Assembly (NCBI GenBank): GCA_951406725.2
Contig: OX597833.1
Span: 73,408,001-73,472,000, forward strand
Direction: 5' to 3'
DNA: 64,000 nucleotides
Origin: Octopus vulgaris
Lineage: Eukaryota
The notes under the pieces are model-generated. The model saw only the letters and a list, made by a program, of their open reading frames with translations, was not told where the DNA came from and made no database searches. Below are positions 54,880-64,000 of this stretch, piece after piece (within the stretch, counting starts at the first letter, position 1; each line of letters starts with the position of its first letter). Made by a program: the position numbers and the translations under genes.

Positions 54880-55302
54880 TGTATGTATGTATGTATGTAT
54901 GTATGTATGTATATATATAGGTTTTTTATTCTTTTTTCTAAAAATCCCCTTGTAAACACGGTTCTAGAGCGTGCATACCAATGTAAACATTGGCTAAAAC
55001 ACACCTTTAGTTCATATAAGTGATTTCTATCATTATATATAATTTAAACATTAATTTTATTTTTACATTTCACATGCACTAGATATACATTTTTCCTAAT
55101 CTATAAGGTTTTATTTAATATACATATAGTCATATACTTCTCATTTAGTTTTTCTTTACTTTATCCCTCCTCCTTCTATAGGCTACCTCTGACGTCATAT
55201 CCTATAACGTTTTTTTGAAACAATATTAATAGCGTTCAGTTAATCACTATACATATTCATCATTTTCTTTTAAAATGCCTTATTGACGAGTTTCATTTCT
55301 TC

Positions 55303-55390
55303 TTTTCCCTGAAGAGAAGATTACATTGTTTTACACCATTTTATTCCTTTGGAATAATATCAGTGATATCTTCGAAACATGTGTCGGAAG
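55303..55390 (+). ncRNA. type I hammerhead ribozyme (Penelope-type)
   Basis: ttcc-CTGAAGA-gaagat...atcttc-GAAAC-atgt-GTC-ggaa: intact core, stems I and II, short stem III, GUC cleavage triplet at 55383-55385. Confidence 0.8.
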
Positions 55391-55391
55391 T

Positions 55392-55663
55392 AAAAGTATT
55401 TTAAGGAAATGAATTACCTTTTACATATCTTTTAAAATCACTCTATCGTTCTTATGAGATTCTTTGCACACATGCTTACACACACGCTCAGCATGAGTTA
55501 TATACTTTTATAGAGAGTGAGAGAAAGTGTAGTAATATATATATGTGTGTGTGTGTGTGTGTATATGTATATATCGAGAGAGAGAGAGGTGGGAAGAGGA
55601 AACGTTTACCATGAGAAAAGCGAAAAAAGAGAGATGGTTTTTTCATGGTAAACTTTTCCTCTT

Positions 55664-55709
<46 letters not shown>

Positions 55710-55714
55710 GATAT

Positions 55715-55797
<83 letters not shown>

Positions 55798-55944
55798 TAT
55801 AACTACACTTTCTCTCACTCTCTATAACTCATATATAACTCATGCTGAGCGTGTGTGTAAGCATGTGTGCAAAGAATCTCATAAGAACGATAGAGTGATT
55901 TTAAAAGATAAGTAAAAGGTAATTTATTTCCGTAAAATACTTTT
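55392..55944. repeat. about 550-bp imperfect hairpin
   Basis: 55392-55544 is inverted at 55791-55944. Inner arms are gagaggtgggaagagg...tttaccatga and tcatggtaaa...cctcttcccacctctc. Confidence 0.9.
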
Positions 55945-55969
55945 CGGATAGTAAAAAATGCTTTCCTTG

Positions 55970-56060
<91 letters not shown>

Positions 56061-56675
56061 TCGCTCGATGCAGGGTGGGGATTAAAAATTGAAATTACAA
56101 AATTTTCGTTGCTACTTAAATCCCAGCAATGGCCCACTGCATCATTATTCCATAAAATGTGTTTATGGGGAGAAAAATATTTTAAAATGTCAATGTATGC
56201 GACAAAAAAACGAGGAAGGTAACAGGTGGTCGCCGTTGAATCACACATCTTTCCGTCTCAAAATTATACACCGAAACAAATTGCAGATTCAGACACTGGA
56301 TTTATGGTGTGGGCGGGGTTAATGTAAAAATTTTAAAATTTCATAACTGTTTTAAAATTACGCTTTATTTTGTGTTTGAAGATAAAGGAAGTGGATATTG
56401 AAATGGTGATCGCCGATTTCCATTTCTTTTAACTTCCAAAGTGTCTTCCATCGTTTTTAAGCGCATAGTGCAAAAGAAAAAGAAAATGGCGAAAATTGGT
56501 ACTGAGGGGGGGTGGGGGTGAAAAGTACGTAATTTTTCAAGACTTTTTTTTTTGTACTGCAAAGGCGTCTCCCATTGTTTTTAAGTGCGTAATGGAAAAA
56601 AAAACAATTGGACAAAATCGTTCTGGAAGGTATCTGAAAACATTCTTGTTCATTCTTTTTTTTTTTTACCTTCAG

Positions 56676-56762
56676 ATGTTAAGCCTTCTCGAACATATGT
56701 ACCACGAAATCGGTTTAGTTGACGAATTCAACATTAACTCTATCACATTGAAACGATGGCTG
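56676..56762 (+). CDS. PDE9A: PDE9A-like exon ([29 protein letters not shown]), start of catalytic domain
   Basis: Poly-T tract + ttcag / gtaagt. Matches human [29 protein letters not shown]. Phase 0 to 0. Confidence 0.96.
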
Positions 56763-56866
56763 GTAAGTAGCATTTTAAGTGATTTATTGAGTAATGTTCA
56801 GATATTCTCTCTTTCTAACTAAGCACGTTGACATATCTAACTAGATGGTAAATAAATAAGGTGGGT

Positions 56867-56901
<35 letters not shown>

Positions 56902-57078
56902 AGACACAGCATGGCCAAATGTCAAAGAATTACATAGACATGAGCTCGATCCCATACCCTTACCCATATTCGGTTCACGGTCGCAAAGTCGTGAGTTCGA
57001 TTCTCGTCGACGCGTTTTGTCCTTCAGCAAGACACTTTATTTAACGTTGCTCCAGTCCACTCAGTTGGTAAAATTGAG

Positions 57079-57126
<48 letters not shown>

Positions 57127-57368
57127 TTTTATTTGTTTCGGCCATTTGACTGCAGTCTTGCTGGTACACGATTTTAAGGGGATTTAGTCGAACAAATCGA
57201 CTCCAGAACTTATTCTTTGGAAGCCTAGAACTTATTTTATCAGTCTCTTTTGCCGAACCGCTAAATAACGGGGACATACACTAACATTGGTTGCCAAGTG
57301 ATGGAGGAGGGACAAACACAGACACAAACACACAAATACACACACACGCACGCTCATATATATATATT

Positions 57369-57404
<36 letters not shown>

Positions 57405-57417
57405 ATTATATAGAAGG

Positions 57418-57468
57418 AGCTTCTACAGGACTAGAACTGTTTCATTCAAGAGAAATCTTCAGGAAGCT
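57418..57468 (-). ncRNA. type I hammerhead motif (antisense arm copy)
   Basis: Exact reverse complement of 62624-62674. Confidence 0.7.
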
Positions 57469-58035
57469 AGTTAAAAAGAATTGTATTGGCATTTATACAT
57501 TTAGGCAGGTTTAAAGGGGTGGTGGTGGGGGACTTTTTTTGGGTAGGCATAGCTCAAAATATCATACTTGGGGGAGTGGTCAAGGAGTCAGTGGTAAATT
57601 AGATAAAAGAATAAATAAAAAAATAAAAAAATATATATATAAAAAAGAATAGAGTTTTAGATAAATAAGGAGATTCTCACTTATACCTATACACATATGT
57701 ATACATATATACACACACATATACATACATATATACATACACGCATACATACACACACACACATATACATATATATACACATACACATACATATACATAT
57801 CTACACATACACATATATATATACATACACTCACTCACATGCATACACGTATACACACATGTATATATACACACACGACCACACATACATATACACACAG
57901 AAAAATATATATACATACACACACATACACATACACGCATACACACACATATCCACATACACACATGCGCACACAGCACACTAGTCCCTATATACACATA
58001 TATACACATACACACATATATATACATACACATAC

Positions 58036-58083
<48 letters not shown>

Positions 58084-59132
58084 GTGTACCTATACATACC
58101 TACACATACACACATATATATACATACAAATACAGACCCATTCCCTAATTTTAGTTTTATTATCTTCATTTATTACTTTTGTTATCTTTGACCGCTGGTC
58201 CCAAGCATCTTGGCTATGGCAGCAAGTCCATTTATCTGTCTACTTGAAAACAAGCACTCATTCACGCACGCACACTCATTAGCACGTACACTCACTCATT
58301 CGTACACTCATACACATACACGCACGCACGCGTTATATTCATACATACATACATCTACATACATTCACGTATATACACATACGTACGCGTACCTACAGAT
58401 TCGGGTCTACACTCTTAGAAGGCTAGTCTATACATATACACCAATAAATATATATACACACACATACATATACACCTACATACAAATACATACATATATA
58501 TATATATATATATACATACATATACATATATATACACATATATATATACATATATATACATATACATATATACACATACACATACATACACACATACACA
58601 TACATACATATACACACATACACATACATACGTATACATACATACATACATCCATACATCCATACATACATACATTTATACACATACACACACCCATATA
58701 TATATATACATACATACACATACATACATATACATACATACATATACATATATACGCCCACACATACATACATACACATATACACATACACGCACATACA
58801 CATGTACATGCGTACCCACACACACACACACACACGCGCATCCATATATACACATAAGTACACACATGCGTAAAAGTATACATATATCTATGCTTACACA
58901 TACACACACCCACACGCGCCTCCTTATATTCATACTTACATGCATACTCAAAAAATAAGTAAATAATAAGATATATATACGCGCAGTTATTCATACATGC
59001 ATACTCAAAAAATAAATAATAAATATTAAGTATATGTACGTGCAGTTACCCATTATATAGACGGATACATACATATAAACTTACACACATATATATATAT
59101 ATATATATATACATATATACATATATATATAC

Positions 59133-59163
<31 letters not shown>

Positions 59164-59777
59164 CACATACACATATATATATATACATACTTACACATAT
59201 GTACATATACATACACACATAGATAACTCTACGTACCTACATATACATAAACACACGAGCGTACACGTATATGTACATATACACATACACATACACACAC
59301 ATACATATACACACACACACATACATACACACATATACACTACAAGAACTATAGACCTACCCGGCAACCAGATTGATGACACCCCACCCACAAAACCCCC
59401 CAATCCCACCGTTCCCCTAGCACCCCCAATTACCTTTTCTCCTAAGACCTTTCACATATTGTATGTGCACGCTTGTATATGTAAATTACTTTGCCACATA
59501 CTGAACTTTCTAGAAATAGCAGCCAAAAAAGTTTTTTAGCCTCTTCCACTACTTAGAAAATATTTTCTCTCAGACATTGTTTACTCAAAAAAATAATGGT
59601 CCTTTTACATACTGAATACTTGGTGAGATTGATTAATAACTAATTAACTTTACCCTCAATTGTTGATATATGTATGTGTGTATATATATGTATGTGTATG
59701 TGTATATGTATATATATGTACATGTGTGTATGTGTGTGTATATATATGTATATATATGTGTATGTGTATGTGTGTGC

Positions 59778-59822
<45 letters not shown>

Positions 59823-60003
59823 CGTGTGTATATGTGTATTTATGTATATATATATATTTATATATATATATATGTATATGTATGTGTGTGTGTATATGTA
59901 GGTATGTAGAGTTATGTGTATGTGCATGTATGTGAGTGTAGATACAAATTGTAGATGTGTATATATATGTGTATGTATGTATACATGTATATAGGTATAT
60001 GTA

Positions 60004-60036
<33 letters not shown>

Positions 60037-60666
60037 GTATATGCGGGTATGTAGAGATATAAGTATGTGCATGTGTATATGTGTGTATATATATGTATAT
60101 GTATGTGTATGTGTATGTATGTATATATATGTGTGTGTGAGTGTATGCGTCTATATGTATGTATATATGTATATATGTGTATATGTGTACGTGTGGGTAT
60201 ATATGTGTTTGTATATGTATATATGTGTGTGTATATGTATGTGTGTATATATATATGTATATATATATATGTGTATGTATATATATGTATGTATGTGTAA
60301 ATGTATATGTATGTGTATATATGTATATATGTGTATGTGTGAATATGTGTATGTATGCATATATGTATGTATGTATGTATGTATATATGTATGTATATAT
60401 GTGTGTAAGTGTGTGTATATATGTATATGTAAGTGTGTGCGCGTGTATGAGTATGTATGTATGTTTGCACACATGTATATGTGTGTGTGTGTATATATGT
60501 GTGTATGTATGTGTGTGTGTGTATATGTATGTGTGTGTATGTGTATGTGTATATGTACATATACGTGTACGCTCGTGTGTTTATGTATATGTAGGTACGT
60601 AGAGTTATCTATGTGTGTATGTATATGTACATATGTGTAAGTATGTATATATATATATGTGTATGT

Positions 60667-60760
<94 letters not shown>

Positions 60761-61313
60761 AAGTTTATATGTATGTATCCGTCTATATAATGGGTAACTG
60801 CACGTACATATACTTAATATTTATTATTTATTTTTTGAGTATGCATGTATGAATAACTGCGCGTATATATATCTTATTATTTACTTATTTTTTGAGTATG
60901 CATGTAAGTATGAATATAAGGAGGCGCGTGTGGGTGTGTGTATATGTAAGCATAGATATATGTATACTTTTACGCATGTGTGTACTTATGTGTATATATG
61001 GATGCGCGAGTGTGTGTGTGTGTGTATGTACGCATGTACATGTGTATGTGCGTGTATGTGTATATGTGTATGTATGTATGTGTGGGCGTATATATGTATA
61101 TGTATGTATGTATATGTATGTATGTGTATGTATGTATATATATATATGGGTGTGTGTATGTGTATAAATGTATGTATGTATGGATGTATGGATGTATGTA
61201 TGTATGTATACGTATGTATGTGTATGTGTGTATATGTATGTATGTGTATGTGTGTATATGTGTATGTGTATATATATATATGTGTATATATATGTATATG
61301 TATATATATGTGT

Positions 61314-61365
<52 letters not shown>

Positions 61366-61767
61366 TTGTATGTAGGTGTATATGTATGTGTGTGTATATA
61401 TATTTATTGGTGTATATGTATAGACTAGCCTTCTAAGAGTGTAGACATGAATCTGTAGGTACGCGTACGTATGTGTATATACGTGAATGTATGTAGATGT
61501 ATGTATGTATGAATATAACGCGTGCGTGCGTGTATGTGTATGAGTGTACGAATGAGTGAGTGTACGTGCTAATGAGTGTGCGTGCGTGAATGAGTGCTTG
61601 TTTTCAAGTAGACAGATAAATGGACTTGCTGCCATAGCCAAGATGCTTGGGACCAGCGGTCAAAGATAACAAAAGTAATAAATGAAGATAATAAAACTAA
61701 AATTAGGGAATGGGTCTGTATTTGTATGTATATATATGTGTGTATGTGTAGGTATGTATAGGTACAC

Positions 61768-61809
<42 letters not shown>

Positions 61810-62214
61810 GTATGTATATGTATGTGTATGTATATATATGTGTGTATGTGTATATATGTGTATATAGGGACTAGTGTGCTGTGTGCGCATGTGTGTATGT
61901 GGATATGTGTGTGTATGCGTGTATGTGTATGTGTGTGTATGTATATATATTTTTCTGTGTGTATATGTATGTGTGGTCGTGTGTGTATATATACATGTGT
62001 GTATACGTGTATGCATGTGAGTGTATGTATATATATATGTGTATGTGTAGATATGTATATGTATGTGTATGTGTATATATATGTATATGTGTGTGTGTGT
62101 ATGTATGCGTGTATGTATATATGTATGTATATGTGTGTGTATATATGCATACATATGTGTATAGGTATAAGTGAGAATCTCCTTATTTACCTAAAACTCT
62201 ATTCTTTTTTATAT

Positions 62215-62447
62215 TTTTTTTTTTTTTTTTTGTACTTGTTCCAGTCATTTGACTGCGGCCATGCTGGAGCACCGCCTTTAGAGTGGTGAAAGAGTACAGC
62301 AGGGATCACCACCACCCCCTGCCGGAGCCTCGTGGAGCTTTTAGGTGTTTTCGCTCAATAAACACACACAACGCCCGGTCTGGGAATCGAAACCGCGATC
62401 CTCCGACCGCAAGTCCGCTGCCCTAACCACTGGGCCATTGCGCCTCC
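62215..62447 (-). mobile_element. chimeric SINE (family B head + family A tail) in the right arm only
   Basis: The head matches 35270-35432 and the tail gcggtgctccagcatggccgcagtcaaatgac matches family A. Absent from the left arm. Confidence 0.8.
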
Positions 62448-62623
62448 TTATATATATATATATATTTTTTTTTTAATTTATTCTTTTATCTAATTTACCA
62501 CTGACTCCTTGACCACTCCCCCAAGTATGATATTTTGAGCTATGCCTACCCCCAAAAAGTCCCCCACCACCACCCCTTTAAACCTGCCTAAATGTATAAA
62601 TGCCAATACAATTCTTGTTAACT

Positions 62624-62674
62624 AGCTTCCTGAAGATTTCTCTTGAATGAAACAGTTCTAGTCCTGTAGAAGCT
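62624..62674 (+). ncRNA. type I hammerhead ribozyme motif
   Basis: agcttc-CTGAAGA-t ttc tctt gaa t-GAA ACAG ttctagtc CTGT A-gaagct: 6-bp stem I, 4-bp stem III, GUA site. The base of stem II is a U-U mismatch. Confidence 0.7.
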
Positions 62675-62757
62675 CCTTCTATATAATAAATTAATTTTAC
62701 TCTGCTATGTATTGAGTACCTTATTTACTGTGGTTAACCCCGAATCAACCCGGGACC

Positions 62758-62814
<57 letters not shown>

Positions 62815-62871
62815 CATTATTGGTGAATTGAAGAAATGGAGCTGAACGCAGATTGAACAGAAATCGTTTTA

Positions 62872-62960
62872 TTTCATTCTACACGTGTTTCGAAAGGCAC
62901 AAATTACCAAAATCCGATGGAATAATGGGACCATATTGTGTCTTTCTCTTCAGGAAGAAA
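62872..62960 (-). ncRNA. type I hammerhead ribozyme (antisense arm copy)
   Basis: Reverse complement of 63705-63793. Confidence 0.8.
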
Positions 62961-63704
62961 ATAGGAAATCCGTTGGAAAAACAAAAACAGAACAGAGGCG
63001 GAGCAAAAACAAATCGAACTATGCTCCTAAGAGCCCATGGCGAAACTGTTTATCAGTGTATGTTGAGAACCGGTGGCTGAAGAATTCAACGGGTCAGGCA
63101 TCGGTCAATCATGTGGGTGAGGGTGCGTAGATGTTCTTTGTGACCGAGAATAAAGTTCTGACTATTTAAGGAATATTGGATGTTTTATAAGGGGCGAGAA
63201 AAAATCTACTTAGAGACGTGTGTGTGTGTATACTGTTCTATATATGTGTGTGTTGGCGTAGGGGTAGAAAACATTTTTTGTGTACGTGTGTGCGTTTGAT
63301 CGTTCGGCTGTCAGTGGCTACTGCCGTGATAACCGTTGGGTGGCAGAAAAAAAAAAATATATATATCAAACGCACACACGTACACAAAAAATGTTTTCTA
63401 CCCCTACGCCAACACACACATATATAGAACAGTATACACACACACACGTCTCTAAGTAGATTTTTTCTCGCCCCTTATAAAACATCCAATATTCCTTAAA
63501 TAGTCAGAACTTTATTCTCGGTCACAAAGAACATCTACGCACCCTCACCCACATGATTGACCGATGCCTGACCCGTTGAATTCTTCAGCCACCGGTTCTC
63601 AACATACACTGATAAACAGTTTCGCCATGGGCTCTTAGGAGCATAGTTCGATTTGTTTTTGCTCCGCCTCTGTTCTGTTTTTGTTTTTCCAACGGATTTC
63701 CTAT

Positions 63705-63793
63705 TTTCTTCCTGAAGAGAAAGACACAATATGGTCCCATTATTCCATCGGATTTTGGTAATTTGTGCCTTTCGAAACACGTGTAGAATGAAA
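63705..63793 (+). ncRNA. type I hammerhead ribozyme (Penelope-type, palindromic stem III)
   Basis: ttc-CTGAAGA-gaaagacacaa...ttgtgcctttc-GAAAC-acgt-GTA-gaa: intact core, long stem II, acacgtgt palindrome, GUA site at 63783-63785. Confidence 0.82.
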
Positions 63794-64000
63794 TAAAACG
63801 ATTTCTGTTCAATCTGCGTTCAGCTCCATTTCTTCAATTCACCAATAATGTTCTAATTTCAATTATCCGCACCAACGCACGGTTGCAACACCATATGGTT
63901 GTACCTCCAACCGTGCTGTTTTACTGCTGTGATTTTTGCTACTAAGGTATCGGTTAAACTTTTGATTAATCTACTACAAGATTATTCATCTTTCTATTTC

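Larger units (their letters stand above)
57402..62755. mobile_element. large fold-back (about 2-kb arms) Penelope-pLTR-like element with terminal hammerhead motifs
   Basis: 57402-59340 is inverted at about 60490-62690, including unique islands such as gaccgctggtcccaagcatcttggctatggc. The right arm has a tail to about 62755. Both ends lie in (TA)n. Confidence 0.9.
62813..63852. repeat. apparently perfect palindrome, 488-bp arms, 64-nt loop (Penelope-pLTR-like fold-back)
   Basis: 62813-63300 versus 63365-63852. Identical mirror ORFs on both strands in the ORF track. Confidence 0.97.

Noticed and set aside
57580-62289. Many long ORFs rich in Y/I/H/T/C/V/M (also at 31.7-32.4 kb, 6.4-6.8 kb and elsewhere)
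   Set aside because: Translations of CA/TA/CATA microsatellites that lack stop codons, with no protein signal.
62375-62447. tRNA-like sequence (also 35360-35432)
   Set aside because: It has A/B boxes but no closing acceptor stem and continues into a SINE body, so it is a SINE head and not a tRNA gene.
62853-63812. Identical mirror ORFs of 75 and 81 aa
   Set aside because: A consequence of the palindrome, with no recognisable protein motif.

Overview
Eukaryotic, AT-rich, microsatellite-dense intronic DNA. The repeat landscape looks like a coleoid cephalopod (Octopus-like); this is my inference, not a database result. The only host gene I can support is a plus-strand cGMP-specific phosphodiesterase 9 (PDE9A-like). 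Nine small GT-AG exons (24676-56762) splice in frame and match human PDE9A motifs from the N-terminal region into the start of the catalytic domain. Exon 1 and the downstream exons were not found in the window. The rest is intron filled with transposable-element debris: Tc1/mariner and pogo-like elements, a Gypsy LTR element lacking RT, RTE, CR1-like and R4/Dong LINEs, Penelope-like elements, a Helitron and many SINEs. The most notable pattern is a set of apparently unrelated fold-back elements (about 40.3-41.8 kb, 57.4-62.75 kb and 62.8-64 kb). Each carries a Penelope-type hammerhead ribozyme motif near the outer end of both arms and sits in a (TA)n-type microsatellite, with the sense ribozyme always in the downstream arm. 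A further sense hammerhead with an adjacent hairpin lies at 55.3-55.95 kb. R4/Dong LINEs here border either (TAA)n or (TACA)n repeats. Most ORFs in the supplied track are microsatellite artefacts.
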